From Hydrogenophaga sp. (GTDB lineage Bacteria > Pseudomonadota > Gammaproteobacteria > Burkholderiales > Burkholderiaceae_C), in contig NZ_JAHVAB010000062.1 in NCBI RefSeq assembly GCF_019264445.1, positions 16,663 to 80,662 of the forward strand: DNA of 64,000 bases, written 5' to 3'. Positions within the stretch are counted from its first letter, which is position 1; each line of letters opens with the position of its first letter. The notes below the pieces were generated by a model. The model saw only the letters and a list, made by a program, of their open reading frames with translations, searched no databases and was not told the origin of the DNA. A program made the position numbers and the translations under genes. Of the stretch, positions 1-11,568 are shown one piece after another.

Positions 1-240
1 CCACATCATTCGTGCCACGGGCGCACTCGAGCCCGGGCCGCTGCCGCCGCCAAACAGCGTGTCGTGGTAGGTCTGCCAGAAGTTGTTGCCGGGCAGCAAG
101 GGCATGGGCACCTGCACGATGTCCTGTGCCGTGTGCGTGGAGGCCACGAACGCCAGGTACAGCGGGAAGCCGACGATGAGCACGCCCAGCACCATGATGA
201 GGTGCGAGAGGAGCTTCAGATAAGGACTTCTTTCGACCAT
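1..240 (-). CDS. ugpE: sn-glycerol-3-phosphate ABC transporter permease UgpE (3' part runs off the window)
   Basis: Manual translation from ATG at 240: MVERSPYLKLLSHLIMVLGVLIVGFPLYLAFVASTH. Hydrophobic N-terminus, 1 nt downstream of the ugpA stop. Confidence 0.85.
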   Translation of the reverse strand, partial: MVERSPYLKLLSHLIMVLGVLIVGFPLYLAFVASTHTAQDIVQVPMPLLPGNNFWQTYHDTLFGGGSGPGSSAPVARMMW

Positions 241-241
241 C

Positions 242-1123
242 TCAGTACTGCACTTTCTTTTCGACGTAACGGAACTGGACTACGGTGAGCACGATGACGA
301 TCGCCATCAGCACCACCGACTGCGCAGCCGAGCCGCCCATGTCCATGGCCTTGAATCCGTCGTGGTAGACCTTGTAGACCAGGATCGCGGTGTCGCGCCC
401 CGGGCCACCTTGTGTGGTGGCGTCCACGATGGCGAAGGTGTCGAAGAACGCGTAGACGACGTTGATCACCAGCAGGAAGAAGGTGGTGGGTGAGAGCAGA
501 GGGAACTGGATGCTCCAGAACCGCCGCCAGGGACCGGCGCCGTCGATTGCTGCGGCCTCGATCAGCGACTTGGGGATCGACTGCAGCCCGGCGAGGAAAA
601 ACAGGAAGTTGTAGGAAATCTGCTTCCACACGGCCGCAATCACGATCAGCGCCATGGCGTGGTCGGAATTGAGCATGTGGTTCCAGTCGAAGCCGGACTG
701 GCGCAGCAGGTAGGCCACCACGCCGAGCGAGGGGGAGAACATGAACATCCAGAGCACGCCGGCCACAGCAGGCGCCACCGCGTAGGGGAGCAGCAAGGCC
801 GTCTTGTAGGCGAGCGCGCCTTTGATGATGCGGTCGGCGAAGATGGCGAGCACCAGCGAGATGCTGATGCCGCTGACGGCGACCATCACGGAGAAGAACG
901 CGGTGGTCTTGAACGAGGCGAGATAACTCGGGTCTTCGAACAGTGCCTTGAAGTTCTCAAAGCCGACCCACTCCCGGGAGAAGCCGAACGAATCCTGCAC
1001 CTGGAACGATTGCACCAGGGCCTGACCTGCCGGCCAGAAGAAGAAGATGCTGATCACCGCCAGCTGCGGTGCCAGCAGCACCCAGGGCAGCCACGCTGAG
1101 CGAAAGAGAACGCGCTTTTCCAT
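242..1123 (-). CDS. ugpA: sn-glycerol-3-phosphate ABC transporter permease UgpA
   Basis: 293 aa, multiple TM segments, EAA loop ([11 protein letters not shown]), ends RYVEKKVQY as in UgpA proteins. Confidence 0.92.
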   Translation of the reverse strand: MEKRVLFRSAWLPWVLLAPQLAVISIFFFWPAGQALVQSFQVQDSFGFSREWVGFENFKALFEDPSYLASFKTTAFFSVMVAVSGISISLVLAIFADRIIKGALAYKTALLLPYAVAPAVAGVLWMFMFSPSLGVVAYLLRQSGFDWNHMLNSDHAMALIVIAAVWKQISYNFLFFLAGLQSIPKSLIEAAAIDGAGPWRRFWSIQFPLLSPTTFFLLVINVVYAFFDTFAIVDATTQGGPGRDTAILVYKVYHDGFKAMDMGGSAAQSVVLMAIVIVLTVVQFRYVEKKVQY

Positions 1124-1145
1124 ATCCAGACTTTCAAAAGGAGAA

Positions 1146-1185
1146 CCCGCCCTTTGCCAACCGGTTGGTTGCTCAAAGTGGCGGG
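1146..1185. other. Intergenic stem-loop between ugpB and ugpA (possible mRNA stabiliser or attenuator)
   Basis: cccgcc-ctttg...caaag-t-ggcggg arms around the perfect palindrome ccaaccggttgg (1157-1168). Confidence 0.45.
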
Positions 1186-1239
1186 CTACCGATGCCGCGC
1201 CATAAAGGCAGGCGGCATTATCCAGTGCTTGTCGGGCGC

Positions 1240-2565
1240 TTACTTGTTGGCGCGCGCGAACCGAACGAGCTGTTCGTTGCCTCGGGTCACGGCGGTGTCC
1301 AGGGCTTCCTTGGGCGTCTTCTTGCCGGCCCAGATCTGTTCGGTTTCCTCATCGATGATGGCGCGAATCTGCAGGAAGTTGCCCAAGCGGATGCCGCGCG
1401 ACTTGTCGGTGGCCTTGCGGATCATCTGGGTCACAGCCACATCGGTACCGGGGTTCTTGCTGTAGAAGCCGGACGCGTCGGTCAACTTGTACGCGGCGGT
1501 GGTCACAGGCAGGTAGCCGGTGCGCTGATGGCTGGCCGCCTGCACCCGGGTGTCGTTCAGGAAGTTCAGGAAGTCAGCGACGCCCTTGTACTCCGCCGGC
1601 TTCTTGCCAGCCATCACCCACAGGCTGGCACCACCGATGGCGGTGTTCTGGGGCGCGCCCTTGACGTCTTCGTAGTAGGGCAGGGCAGAGATGCCATAGG
1701 CGAACTTGGCGTCCTTGCTGACGCGCGCATACAAGCCGGAGGAGCCGGTGATCATGGCGCATTCGCCCGACGGGAAAGAGGCGTCGGGTGCATTGCCGCG
1801 GCCTTTGTAGACGAAGCTGCCTTCCTTGGACGCTTTAGCCAGGTTTTCGAAATGGCGCACATGCAGCGGCGTGTTGATGAGCAACTGCGCGTCATTGCCG
1901 TCGAAGCCGTTGTTCTTGGAGGCAAACAGCGTGTTGTGCCAAAGCGAGAAGCTCTCCAGCTGCGTCCAGCTGATCCAGCTGGTGGTGAAGGGGCAGCTGT
2001 GGCCGCTGGCCTTGAGCTTGGATGCGGCTGCGAACACTTCGGGCCAGGTTTTGGGCGCCTTTTCCGGATCCAGACCGGCCTTCTTGAAGGCGTCCTTGTT
2101 GTAATAAAAAATGGTGGTCGAGCTGTTGAGCGGGTAACTCAGCATCTGGCCGTTGGGCGCGGTGTAGTACCCCGCCACGGCAGACACATACTGTGTCGGA
2201 TCAAATTTGAAGCCGCCATCGTTGAGCACCTTCGTCACGGGGACGACGGCGCCCTTGCTGGCCATCATCGTGGCGGTGCCCACTTCGAACACCTGCAGGA
2301 TGTGGGGGGCGTTGCCGGCGCGGAACGCGGCGATGGCGCCTGCCATCGATTCGTCGTACGTGCCCTTGTAAGTGGGCACCACCTTGTAGGTGGACTGGCT
2401 GGCGTTGTACTGCTTGGCGAGGTCATTGACCCATTCGCCAAGGGCGGCGCTCATCGAATGCCACCATTGAATTTCGGTCGGGGCTTGAGCTTGAGCCTGC
2501 ACGGGGCCGCTCATCAGGGCGGCAAACGCCAGGGCGCCGGTCAGGGGAAGAAAACGCTTGTGCAT
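1240..2565 (-). CDS. ugpB: sn-glycerol-3-phosphate ABC transporter substrate-binding protein UgpB
   Basis: Signal peptide, [43 protein letters not shown]. Confidence 0.93.
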   Translation of the reverse strand: MHKRFLPLTGALAFAALMSGPVQAQAQAPTEIQWWHSMSAALGEWVNDLAKQYNASQSTYKVVPTYKGTYDESMAGAIAAFRAGNAPHILQVFEVGTATMMASKGAVVPVTKVLNDGGFKFDPTQYVSAVAGYYTAPNGQMLSYPLNSSTTIFYYNKDAFKKAGLDPEKAPKTWPEVFAAASKLKASGHSCPFTTSWISWTQLESFSLWHNTLFASKNNGFDGNDAQLLINTPLHVRHFENLAKASKEGSFVYKGRGNAPDASFPSGECAMITGSSGLYARVSKDAKFAYGISALPYYEDVKGAPQNTAIGGASLWVMAGKKPAEYKGVADFLNFLNDTRVQAASHQRTGYLPVTTAAYKLTDASGFYSKNPGTDVAVTQMIRKATDKSRGIRLGNFLQIRAIIDEETEQIWAGKKTPKEALDTAVTRGNEQLVRFARANK

Positions 2566-2613
2566 AAAGGCTCCTTTTGGGCAGATCGGGAGCGGCTAGG
2601 GTAAGTGCCGCTT

Positions 2614-2652
2614 GTGACAAAACGATTGCACACGCGTTTCCCGGGCATGACA
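2614..2652 (-). promoter_or_regulatory. Putative Pho-box-like 11-bp phased repeats upstream of ugpB
   Basis: Minus-strand TGTCAT (2652-2647), TGCAAT (2630-2625) and TGTCAC (2619-2614) lie in 11-bp phase. E. coli ugp is PhoB-regulated. Confidence 0.45.
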
Positions 2653-2740
2653 ACAGGGGTTTCCACAGGGGGGCGGGGGGTATGTTGCGCTGCGGTACCA
2701 TCTTGGGTTCTTTACTGTCATGCTGGCGACTGCCACACAC

Positions 2741-5700
2741 ATGAACGCACCCACACCGCTCTCGTTGCTCGCTACCGCCACCGACGATGCGCCGCGTTTG
2801 CGCGAGATTCCCTACAACTACACCTCCTTCTCGGACCGTGAGATCGTGCTGCGCCTGCTCGGCGAGCGCGCGTGGGGCCTGTTGGACGAGTTGAGGGGCG
2901 AGCGTCGCACCGGTCGCTCTGCGCGCATGCTGTACGAAGTGCTGGGTGACATCTGGGTCGTGCAGCGCAATCCTTATTTGCAGGACGACCTGCTGGACAG
3001 TGCCAAGCGCCGCCAGCAACTGGTGGACGCCTTGCACCACCGGCTGGGTGAAGTCCAGAAACGCCGCACACCCAACGACGACGCGGTGCGAGATGCCCTG
3101 GTGGCCGAGTTGCTCACCTCAGCGCGCGCTGCGGTCGACCAGTTTGCCCGCTCGTTTGAGGACATGGCCGCGCTGCGCCAGCGTACCACCAAGGCGCTGC
3201 GCAAGCTCACGGCCAAGGACAACATCAAGTTCGACGGGCTCTCCCGCGTGTCCCACGTGACGGATGCAACGGACTGGCGCGTCGAGTACCCCTTCGTTGT
3301 GCTTACGCCGGACACCGAGGCCGAGATGGCTCTGCTGGTCAAAGGCTGCTTCGAGCTGGGTCTGACCATCATTCCGCGCGGCGGTGGCACCGGATACACG
3401 GGGGGCGCCATTCCGCTCACGTGGAAGAGCGCGGTGATCAACACCGAGAAGCTCGAAGCCATGACCGAGGTGGAGTGGGTCAAGGTGCCTGGCCACGAAC
3501 AGCCGCTGCCCACGGTGTGGACCGAAGCCGGCGTGGTGACGCAGCGGGTGTCTGACGCGGCCGACCGCGCCGGGCATGTGTTCGCGGTGGACCCGACCTC
3601 GGCCGAGGCGTCCTGCATTGGCGGCAACATTGCCATGAACGCGGGGGGCAAAAAGGCGGTGCTCTGGGGCACCGCGCTGGACAACCTCGTGTCGTGGCGC
3701 ATGGTCACGCCGCAGGCGCAGTGGCTGGAGGTCACCCGTCTTGACCACAACCTTGGCAAGATCCACGACGCTGAGGTGGCCACCTTCGAGTTGAAGTACT
3801 ACGAGGCCGATGGCAAGACGCCGGTGCGCACCGAGCAGCTCGCCATTCCGGGCAAGACGTTCCGCAAGGAAGGCCTGGGCAAGGACGTGACCGACAAGTT
3901 CCTCAGCGGCCTGCCGGGGATTCAGAAAGAGGGCTGTGACGGCTTGATCACCAGCGCGCGCTGGATCGTGCACCGCATGCCCGACCACGTGCGCACGGTG
4001 TGCCTGGAATTTTTCGGCAATCCGCGCGACTGCGTGCCATCGATCGTGGACATCAAGGACTTCATGTTCGGCGAGATGAAGCGGCTTGGTGGCGCCATCC
4101 TCGCCGGTCTGGAGCATCTGGACGATCGCTACCTGAAGGCCGTGGGCTACGCCACCAAGAGCAAGCGCGGTACCTTGCCGAAGATGGTGCTTATTGGTGA
4201 CATCGTCGGAGACGATGCCGATGCGGTGGCGCGCGCCACCAGCGAGGTCATCCGCCTGGCGAACTCGCGCAGCGGAGAAGGTTTCGTGGCGATCAGCGCC
4301 GAAGCGCGCAAGAAGTTCTGGCTTGACCGCAAGCGCACTGCCGCCATCAGCAAGCACACCAACGCCTTCAAGATCAACGAAGACGTGGTGATTCCGCTGC
4401 CGCGCATGGGTGAGTACACCGAAGGCATCGAGCGCATCAACATCGAGCTGTCGCTGCGCAACAAGATCAAGCTGGCGGACGCGCTGGAAAGCTTCTTCAC
4501 CAAGGGCAACCTGCCGCTGGGCAAAACCGACGACGCCAGCGACATTCCGAGTGCCGAGTTGCTGGAAGACCGGGTGCAGCAGGCCGTGGCGCTGGTGCGC
4601 GAAGTGCGCGCGCTGTGGGCGGGCTGGCTGCGCGACGTGGACTCGCTGTTTGCCGAGCTGCAGGATCACCGCCTGCGCGCCAGCTGGAAGACGCAGATCC
4701 GTGCGCCCTTGCAAGCCATCTTTACCGGTGCGGCCTTCGGCCCCCTGCTGGCCGAATGCAACGCCATCCACCAGCGCGTGCTCAAGGGCCGCGTGTGGGT
4801 CGCGCTGCACATGCACGCAGGTGACGGCAACGTGCACACCAACATCCCGGTCAACAGCGACGACTATGAAATGCTGCAGACCGCGCACGAAGCGGTGGCC
4901 CGCATCATGGTGCTGGCACGCCGTCTCGATGGGGTGATCTCGGGCGAACACGGCATCGGTATCACCAAGCTGGAGTTCCTCACCGACGAAGAGCTGCGCC
5001 CTTTCGCCGAATACAAACAGCGGGTCGATCCGCAAGGCCGCTTCAACAAAGGCAAGCTGCTGCGCGAAGGCCCGGCGGGCGACGACAGCCTGCGTCGCGC
5101 CGACCTCTCCAATGCCTACACCCCCAGCTTTGGGCTGATGGGTCACGAGTCGCTGATCATGCAGCGCAGCGACATTGGCGCGATTGCCGACAGCGTCAAG
5201 GACTGTCTGCGCTGTGGCAAATGCAAACCGGTGTGCGCGACGCATGTGCCACGTGCCAATCTGCTCTACAGCCCGCGCAACAAAATCCTGGCCACCTCGT
5301 TGCTGATCGAGGCCTTCCTGTATGAGGAGCAGACGCGCCGCGGCATCAGCATCAAGCACTGGGAAGAGTTTGAAGACGTGGCCGACCACTGCACGGTGTG
5401 CCACAAGTGCCTTTCGCCTTGCCCGGTGAAGATCGATTTTGGCGATGTGACCATGAACATGCGCAACCTGTTGCGCAAGATGGGGCAAAAGAGCTTCCGT
5501 CCCGGCAACGCAGCCGCGATGTTCTTCCTGAACGCGACCAACCCCGAAACCATCAAGTTCATGCGCAGCGCGATGGTGGGCGTGGGCTTCAAGGCCCAGC
5601 GCCTGGCCAATGAGCTGCTGCAGCGCCTGGCGCGAAAGCAGACCAGTGCACCGCCGGCCACGCTGGGTGCCGCGCCGATCAAAGAGCAGGTGATCCACTT

Positions 5701-6619
5701 CATCAATAAGAAGATGCCTGGTGGTCTGCCCAAGAAGACCGCGCGCGCCCTGCTGGACATTGAGGACAAGGATTACGTGCCGATCATCCGCAACCCCTCA
5801 GCCACGACGGCAGAGACGGAAGCGGTGTTCTATTTCCCGGGTTGCGGTTCGGAGCGCCTGTTCTCGCAGGTGGGTTTGGCGACGCAGGCGATGCTGTGGC
5901 ATGCGGGCGTGCAGACCGTGCTGCCGCCCGGTTACCTGTGCTGTGGGTACCCACAGCGCGGCAGTGGGCAGTTCGACAAGGCGGAAAAAATCATCACCGA
6001 CAACCGGGTGCTGTTCCACCGCGTGGCCAACACGTTGAACTACCTCGACATCAAGACGGTGGTGGTGAGTTGCGGCACCTGCTATGACCAGCTCCAGGGG
6101 TACGAGTTCGACAAGATATTCCCCGGCTGCCGCATCATCGACATCCACGAGTACCTGCTGGAGAAAGGCGTCACGCTGCCGGCCGGGCAGGGCGGCTACC
6201 TCTACCACGACCCGTGCCACACCCCCATGAAGCTGCAGGAGCCGATGAAAACGGTGAAGGCACTTGTGGGTGACAACGTCATGGAGAGCAAGCGGTGCTG
6301 CGGCGAATCCGGCACGCTGGGCGTGACACGGCCGGACATCTCCACCCAGATCCGCTTCCGCAAGGAAGAGGAGCTGCAGAAGGGCGAAGCCGCGTTGCGC
6401 GCAGCGGGGACCGTGGGCGCGCAGGACAACGTCAAGATCCTCACGTCCTGCCCCAGTTGCCTCCAGGGCTTGAGCCGCTACGGCGACGACCTCAAGTCGG
6501 GCCTGCTGGAAGCCGATTACATCGTGGTGGAAATGGCCCGCCAGATCCTCGGCGAGCAGTGGCTGCCGGAATACGTGGCCAAGGCCAACGAAGGCGGCAT
6601 CGAACGAGTGCTCGTTTGA
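2741..6619 (+). CDS. FAD-linked oxidase / 4Fe-4S / CCG-domain oxidoreductase (DUF3683-type, GlcD+GlcF-like fusion)
   Basis: [14 protein letters not shown]-binding motif, [37 protein letters not shown] and two CCG motifs. Start placed at ATG 2741 (the ORF track starts at 2720). Confidence 0.85.
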   Translation: MNAPTPLSLLATATDDAPRLREIPYNYTSFSDREIVLRLLGERAWGLLDELRGERRTGRSARMLYEVLGDIWVVQRNPYLQDDLLDSAKRRQQLVDALHHRLGEVQKRRTPNDDAVRDALVAELLTSARAAVDQFARSFEDMAALRQRTTKALRKLTAKDNIKFDGLSRVSHVTDATDWRVEYPFVVLTPDTEAEMALLVKGCFELGLTIIPRGGGTGYTGGAIPLTWKSAVINTEKLEAMTEVEWVKVPGHEQPLPTVWTEAGVVTQRVSDAADRAGHVFAVDPTSAEASCIGGNIAMNAGGKKAVLWGTALDNLVSWRMVTPQAQWLEVTRLDHNLGKIHDAEVATFELKYYEADGKTPVRTEQLAIPGKTFRKEGLGKDVTDKFLSGLPGIQKEGCDGLITSARWIVHRMPDHVRTVCLEFFGNPRDCVPSIVDIKDFMFGEMKRLGGAILAGLEHLDDRYLKAVGYATKSKRGTLPKMVLIGDIVGDDADAVARATSEVIRLANSRSGEGFVAISAEARKKFWLDRKRTAAISKHTNAFKINEDVVIPLPRMGEYTEGIERINIELSLRNKIKLADALESFFTKGNLPLGKTDDASDIPSAELLEDRVQQAVALVREVRALWAGWLRDVDSLFAELQDHRLRASWKTQIRAPLQAIFTGAAFGPLLAECNAIHQRVLKGRVWVALHMHAGDGNVHTNIPVNSDDYEMLQTAHEAVARIMVLARRLDGVISGEHGIGITKLEFLTDEELRPFAEYKQRVDPQGRFNKGKLLREGPAGDDSLRRADLSNAYTPSFGLMGHESLIMQRSDIGAIADSVKDCLRCGKCKPVCATHVPRANLLYSPRNKILATSLLIEAFLYEEQTRRGISIKHWEEFEDVADHCTVCHKCLSPCPVKIDFGDVTMNMRNLLRKMGQKSFRPGNAAAMFFLNATNPETIKFMRSAMVGVGFKAQRLANELLQRLARKQTSAPPATLGAAPIKEQVIHFINKKMPGGLPKKTARALLDIEDKDYVPIIRNPSATTAETEAVFYFPGCGSERLFSQVGLATQAMLWHAGVQTVLPPGYLCCGYPQRGSGQFDKAEKIITDNRVLFHRVANTLNYLDIKTVVVSCGTCYDQLQGYEFDKIFPGCRIIDIHEYLLEKGVTLPAGQGGYLYHDPCHTPMKLQEPMKTVKALVGDNVMESKRCCGESGTLGVTRPDISTQIRFRKEEELQKGEAALRAAGTVGAQDNVKILTSCPSCLQGLSRYGDDLKSGLLEADYIVVEMARQILGEQWLPEYVAKANEGGIERVLV

Positions 6620-6642
6620 GCGCACCCCCAACGGAGACCCCC

Positions 6643-7056
6643 ATGGCCGGACTCGACAAGCACACGCCTTCACCGGAGTCGATCACGCTCCACCAGCAGT
6701 CGCGCACGTTGGAAGTGGGCTTTTCCGACGGCAACGTCTTCAAGATCCCGTTCGAGCTGATGCGCGTCTACTCGCCGTCGGCAGAAGTGCAGGGCCATGG
6801 CAAGGGGCAGGAAGTGCTGCAGACCGGCAAACGCGAGGTCGGCATCGTGGGGCTGGAGCCGGTGGGTAACTACGCGGTTCAGCCCCTGTTTTCTGACGGC
6901 CACAGCTCGGGCATTTTTTCTTGGGACTACCTGTACTTTCTCGGTTCCAAACAGCCCGATCTCTGGGCCGACTACACCGCCCGCCTGCAGTCCGCCGGCG
7001 TGGATCGCGACGCACCCATGCCGGAAAAGGGCGGTCACGCCTGCGGCAGCCACTGA
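6643..7056 (+). CDS. DUF971 / GBBH N-terminal-like protein
   Basis: ELMRVYSPSAEVQGH, PVGNYA, FSDGH motifs. GGAG RBS before ATG 6643. Confidence 0.85.
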   Translation: MAGLDKHTPSPESITLHQQSRTLEVGFSDGNVFKIPFELMRVYSPSAEVQGHGKGQEVLQTGKREVGIVGLEPVGNYAVQPLFSDGHSSGIFSWDYLYFLGSKQPDLWADYTARLQSAGVDRDAPMPEKGGHACGSH

Positions 7057-7074
7057 CACCCCGGGGAACCCCGC

Positions 7075-7806
7075 ATGGCCTCGACCCATTTCGGATTCAA
7101 GACGGTAGACGAGCGCGAGAAGGCGCAACGCGTGCGCAGCGTGTTCGACTCTGTCGCGCCCAAGTACGACGTGATGAACGACCTCATGTCGGCCGGGCTG
7201 CATCGTCTGTGGAAGCGCTACACGATCACCGTGGCCAATCCCCAGCCGGGCGACCAGGTGCTGGACATTGCGGGCGGCACGGGTGACCTCTCGCTGGCGT
7301 TTGCCCGCAAGGTGGGACCCACGGGTCGTGTTGTGCACACCGACATCAACGAAGCGATGCTCGGTGAAGGCCGTGCGCGCCTGCTCGATCTGGGCGTGGT
7401 CCTGCCCACCTTGGTGTGCGATGCCGAGAAATTGCCCTTTGCCAGCGATTCGTTCGATTTCGTGTCAGTGGCGTTTGGTCTGCGCAATATGACGCACAAG
7501 GAACTTGCACTGGCTGAGATGCATCGGACGCTCAAGCCGGGCGGCAAGTTGCTGGTGTTGGAGTTTTCCCGGGTGGCGAAACCGCTGGAGAAAGCTTATG
7601 ACTGGTATTCGTTCAACGTGCTGCCCAAGTTGGGGCAGCTGGTGGCCAACGATGAGGCCAGCTATCGCTACCTCGCAGAGTCCATCCGCATGCACCCGGG
7701 GCAGGAAGAATTGAGGCAGATGATGCGCAAGGCAGGGTTTGGTCATGTGGACGTGCACAACCTCAGCGCCGGCGTGGTTGCGCTGCACATGGGCATCAAG
7801 TGTTGA
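7075..7806 (+). CDS. ubiE: Ubiquinone/menaquinone biosynthesis C-methyltransferase UbiE
   Basis: [28 protein letters not shown] motif, FGLRN. Confidence 0.96.
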   Translation: MASTHFGFKTVDEREKAQRVRSVFDSVAPKYDVMNDLMSAGLHRLWKRYTITVANPQPGDQVLDIAGGTGDLSLAFARKVGPTGRVVHTDINEAMLGEGRARLLDLGVVLPTLVCDAEKLPFASDSFDFVSVAFGLRNMTHKELALAEMHRTLKPGGKLLVLEFSRVAKPLEKAYDWYSFNVLPKLGQLVANDEASYRYLAESIRMHPGQEELRQMMRKAGFGHVDVHNLSAGVVALHMGIKC

Positions 7807-7848
7807 CACGGGTTTTGAAGAGTCTGTTGTTTTGAAGGAGGCAAAAGC

Positions 7849-8832
7849 ATGAACAGGTTGTGGTCGGTTTTGTTGGTTTGCGCCATGGCGCTGGGTTCCC
7901 AGGAGGTCTGGGCGAAACGCATGGGCGGTGGCACATCGTTCGGCAAGCAGTCGGGCAACGTGACGCAGCGCAGCAGCACGCCGCCTGCCCAGCAGGCCGC
8001 ACCGCAACAGGCGCCCACGCAAAATGCGGCTGCACGTCCTGCCACCGCGAACCCAGCCGCCGCAGCGCCCAAGCGCCCCTGGGGTGCCATGCTGGGTGGC
8101 CTGGCCGCCGGTCTGGGCCTGGCATGGTTGGCTTCGACGCTGGGTTTTGGCGAAGGCTTTGCCCAGTTTCTGATGTTTGCCCTTCTGGCCGTGGCCGTGG
8201 TGGCGGTCATCGGCATGGTGATGCGCCGCCGTTCACCCGCGTCCCAGGCAGGTGGCCTGGCCTATCAGGCTGCCGGCCAGACGGGCAACTCCCAGTTCGA
8301 CCCTGCAACGCCTCGCACCTACAGTCCGCAGAATGTCGGCAACGACGCGTCTGCGCGGCCCTGGGAGCGCAGCGGTCCCGCCGCGCTGGACCCGCGGCCC
8401 AACGGCGGCTCGCTGATTGGCTCGGCGTTGAGCGGCAGCCAGGGCTGGGGTGTGCCGGCTGGCTTCGATGTGGATGGATTCCTCAAGGCATCCAAGGCCA
8501 ACTTTGTGAGCCTGCAGGACGCCTGGGATCGCTCTGACATACCTGCACTGCGCGCCATGATGACCGATGACATGCTGGAGCAGATCCGCAGCCAGCTCGC
8601 AGAGCGCGAGCAGGCGGGCGGCTCGAACAAAACCGAGGTCGTCATGCTCGACGCACAGCTGCTGGGCATCGAGGAGCTGCAAACCGAGTACATGGCCAGC
8701 GTGGAGTTCTCCGGCCTGATCCGCGAGGAAGCGTCTGCCGGCCCCAACCCGTTCCGTGAGGTCTGGAACATCACCCGCCCCAAGGAAGGTCCGGGCGGCT
8801 GGCTGGTAGCGGGCGTGCAGGCCCTGCAATGA
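7849..8832 (+). CDS. Tim44 domain-containing protein
   Basis: Signal peptide, KRMGGGTSFG, Ala/Pro linker, TM pair, C-terminal Tim44 domain (FVSLQDAWD...EVWN...WLVAGVQ). Confidence 0.85.
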   Translation: MNRLWSVLLVCAMALGSQEVWAKRMGGGTSFGKQSGNVTQRSSTPPAQQAAPQQAPTQNAAARPATANPAAAAPKRPWGAMLGGLAAGLGLAWLASTLGFGEGFAQFLMFALLAVAVVAVIGMVMRRRSPASQAGGLAYQAAGQTGNSQFDPATPRTYSPQNVGNDASARPWERSGPAALDPRPNGGSLIGSALSGSQGWGVPAGFDVDGFLKASKANFVSLQDAWDRSDIPALRAMMTDDMLEQIRSQLAEREQAGGSNKTEVVMLDAQLLGIEELQTEYMASVEFSGLIREEASAGPNPFREVWNITRPKEGPGGWLVAGVQALQ

Positions 8833-8838
8833 CCCGCA

Positions 8839-8862
8839 GCGGGTTGCCTGTGTGCAACCCGC
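8839..8862. terminator. Stem-loop after the Tim44 gene
   Basis: gcgggttgc-ctgtgt-gcaacccgc, 9-bp stem, no clear U-tract. Confidence 0.35.
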
Positions 8863-8904
8863 ATCGCCCGTGGCTTGGGCTTTATCCGTCAAAATCGGGT
8901 GGTC

Positions 8905-9510
8905 ATGAAAAATGAACCACCCGTTTTTTCGTCCGGCGCAACCGCTCCGTTGAACTTCCTTCAGTCGTTGCTGGGGTCCATCCGTCCGCCGGATTGGCTG
9001 GTCGACGAGATCCAGAACCGCGTGGTGCTGTTTCTCAATCACGTCCTGATGCAGGAAAAGTCCGCCCAGGATCGCCTTCGCCGTCAGAAGGGCAAACCGG
9101 TGCGCGTTCAATGGGGCGACTTCCATCTCACGCTGGCCCCCACGGCCGCCGGGTTGCTGGAGCGTTGTGAGCCGGATGCAAAGCCGGAGTTGAGTGTGAC
9201 GCTCACGCAGCGTTCTGCTTTCGATCTTGCCCAGAGCGTGCTGGCGGGAGAGAAGCCGGGTGTGGACATTCAGGGCGATGTGCAGCTGGCGGCCGAAGTG
9301 GCCTGGCTGGTTGACAACGTGCGCTGGGATGTCGAGGAAGACCTGTCTCGTGTGGTGGGCGATGCAACTGCGCACACGCTCGCACGCGCTGCTCAGTCAG
9401 CTGGCCAGGCCATCAAGGCGTTTGCCGCGCGCATGCCCGCTGCCTTCCCTTCGCGCAAGTCAACGGGTGACGCGTCAGTGCCTCCGCGCGCTGACGGACC
9501 GTCGGCATGA
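8905..9510 (+). CDS. ubiJ: UbiJ-like SCP2 sterol-binding domain accessory factor
   Basis: [34 protein letters not shown]. Overlaps the ubiB start by 4 nt. Confidence 0.75.
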   Translation: MKNEPPVFSSGATAPLNFLQSLLGSIRPPDWLVDEIQNRVVLFLNHVLMQEKSAQDRLRRQKGKPVRVQWGDFHLTLAPTAAGLLERCEPDAKPELSVTLTQRSAFDLAQSVLAGEKPGVDIQGDVQLAAEVAWLVDNVRWDVEEDLSRVVGDATAHTLARAAQSAGQAIKAFAARMPAAFPSRKSTGDASVPPRADGPSA

Positions 9511-11072
9511 GCCGGCTGTTTCGCGGCTTCTTCATCGTCTGGGTCGTGCTGCGGTACGGCCTGGACGAACTCGTTCTCTCCAGCTTTGAGCGCCCAGCCA
9601 TCCGGTTGCTCACACGCATCGTCTCCTTGGGCCGCAATCTGGATGCGCCCAGGGGCGTGAGGCTGCGCGAGGCGCTTGAGCGCCTCGGGCCGATCTTCGT
9701 GAAGTTTGGCCAGGTGCTCTCGACTCGGCGCGACCTGCTGCCCACCGACATCGCTGATGAACTCGCGCTGTTGCAGGATCGGGTACCCCCGTTTCCCAGC
9801 GCCGTGGCTGTGGCCACCATCGAGCGCGCCTTTGGCAAACCATTGACCGAGGTGTTCTCGCACTTCGATCAAGTGCCCGTGGCAAGTGCATCTGTCGCCC
9901 AGGTGCACTTTGCCACCCTGCTGGACGGCCGGCATGGGGGGCGCGAAGTCGCGGTGAAGGTGCTGCGACCCCAGATGGGGCCCGTCATCGACAAGGACCT
10001 GAGCCTCATGCGGATGATGGCCGGGTGGGTGGAGCGCCTGTCGGCCGATGGCAAGCGGCTCAAGCCGCGTGAAGTGGTCGCGGAGTTCGACAAATATCTG
10101 CACGATGAGCTGGATCTGTTGCGCGAGGCGGCCAACGCTGCGCAGCTCCGACGCAACATGCAGGGGCTCGATCTCGTCCTGATTCCCGAGATGCTCTGGG
10201 ACTATTGCCACACCGAGGTGATGGTGATGGAGCGCATGCACGGCATCCCCATCAACAAGGTCGACGAGCTGAGGGCGCTGGGTGTGGATATCCCGAAGCT
10301 GGCGCGTGACGGTGTCACGATCTTCTTTACGCAGGTCTTCCGCGACGGTTTCTTCCACGCCGACATGCATCCGGGCAACATTCAGGTCAGCACGTCGCCC
10401 GCCACCTTCGGCCGCTACATCTCCCTTGATTTCGGGATCGTCGGAACGCTCACGGAGTTCGACAAGGAATACCTGGCGCAGAACTTCACGGCCTTCTTCC
10501 GCCGCGACTACAAGCGTGTGGCCGAGCTGCACATTGAATCGGGCTGGGTGCCGGCAGAAACGCGGGTGGACGAGCTCGAATCTGCCATCCGGGCTGTGTG
10601 TGAGCCGTACTTTGATCGGCCTTTGCGGGAAATTTCGCTGGGGATGGTGCTCATGCGCCTGTTTCAGACCTCGCGCCGGTTCCACGTGGAGATTCAGCCG
10701 CAGCTCGTGTTGCTGCAGAAGACGCTGCTCAATATCGAAGGTCTGGGGCGCCAGCTCGACCCTGAGCTCGATCTCTGGAGCACCGCAAAGCCGTTTCTCG
10801 AGAAATGGATGGTCGAGCAGGTCGGCCCACAAAAGCTGCTGCAACAACTCAAGGCCGAGGCGCCGCAGTACGCCAAGCTGTTGCCTGCGCTGCCGCGCCT
10901 GTTGCACGACTACCTGCAACACAAGCCACACGAGCTGCGCCGCGAGCTCGATGCCCTTGTGTCGGAACAGCGCCGAACCAACCGGCTGCTGCAGGGCATC
11001 ATCTACAGCGGTGTGGGCTTTGTTCTGGGGCTGATCGTGATGCAGGTGCTGCTGCGCATACGTCTCTGGTAG
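9507..11072 (+). CDS. ubiB: Ubiquinone biosynthesis kinase-like protein UbiB
   Basis: [34 protein letters not shown] (ABC1 family). Confidence 0.96.
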   Translation: MSRLFRGFFIVWVVLRYGLDELVLSSFERPAIRLLTRIVSLGRNLDAPRGVRLREALERLGPIFVKFGQVLSTRRDLLPTDIADELALLQDRVPPFPSAVAVATIERAFGKPLTEVFSHFDQVPVASASVAQVHFATLLDGRHGGREVAVKVLRPQMGPVIDKDLSLMRMMAGWVERLSADGKRLKPREVVAEFDKYLHDELDLLREAANAAQLRRNMQGLDLVLIPEMLWDYCHTEVMVMERMHGIPINKVDELRALGVDIPKLARDGVTIFFTQVFRDGFFHADMHPGNIQVSTSPATFGRYISLDFGIVGTLTEFDKEYLAQNFTAFFRRDYKRVAELHIESGWVPAETRVDELESAIRAVCEPYFDRPLREISLGMVLMRLFQTSRRFHVEIQPQLVLLQKTLLNIEGLGRQLDPELDLWSTAKPFLEKWMVEQVGPQKLLQQLKAEAPQYAKLLPALPRLLHDYLQHKPHELRRELDALVSEQRRTNRLLQGIIYSGVGFVLGLIVMQVLLRIRLW

Positions 11073-11115
11073 CGGCCTGCCGCCCGCGCTCGGTCAGTGT
11101 CGGGCACCCTCAATT

Positions 11116-11121
11116 TATAAT
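11116..11121 (+). promoter_or_regulatory. Consensus -10 hexamer upstream of the FmdB-like gene-DUF502-aspS run
   Basis: TATAAT in an AT-rich patch of a GC-rich intergenic region. No clear -35. Confidence 0.4.
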
Positions 11122-11214
11122 GGCCGGTTTTGTTCCGCGGCCCACGCAGGAACGTCTGGCGTCCAGCGATGCCGGTCCAAGCGGGGCGCCTTTGCCAACT
11201 TTCAGGTCAACGCC

Positions 11215-11556
11215 ATGCCCATCTATGCCTACAAGTGCGAGTCCTGCGGCCATGCCAAGGACGTGTTGCAGAAAATGTCCGACGATCCGCTCAGCGTATG
11301 CCCGGCCTGCGGCCAGGCCAGCTTCAAGAAGCAACTGACGTCGGCGGGGTTCCAGCTCAAGGGTTCGGGCTGGTACGTCACGGATTTTCGCGAAGGCAAC
11401 AAGCCTGCCGCTACAGCGCCCTCCGCCACCGCGGACGCCGCGCCTGCCGCTGCCTCCAAGCCAGCGGACGCTGCCAGCGCCCCTGCGGCATCGCCCGCAC
11501 CGGCGGCCGCACCTGCTGTGGCCACGCCATCCAGCACGCCGACCACTTCCACCTGA
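11215..11556 (+). CDS. FmdB-family zinc-ribbon protein
   Basis: MPIYAYKCESCG...CPACG...FQLKGSGWYVTDF, with an Ala/Pro-rich tail. Confidence 0.88.
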   Translation: MPIYAYKCESCGHAKDVLQKMSDDPLSVCPACGQASFKKQLTSAGFQLKGSGWYVTDFREGNKPAATAPSATADAAPAAASKPADAASAPAASPAPAAAPAVATPSSTPTTST

Positions 11557-11568
11557 GCTGCATCGTCC

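Noticed and set aside
3119-5698. 859-aa antisense ORF, and similar long antisense ORFs at 1069-2604, 9393-10931, 11980-14112, 40680-42695, 49035-50858, 53692-55281, 57993-60209 and 61267-62967
   Set aside because: They mirror well-supported genes in a high-GC genome with strong codon bias, which depletes antisense stop codons. They show no recognisable motifs.
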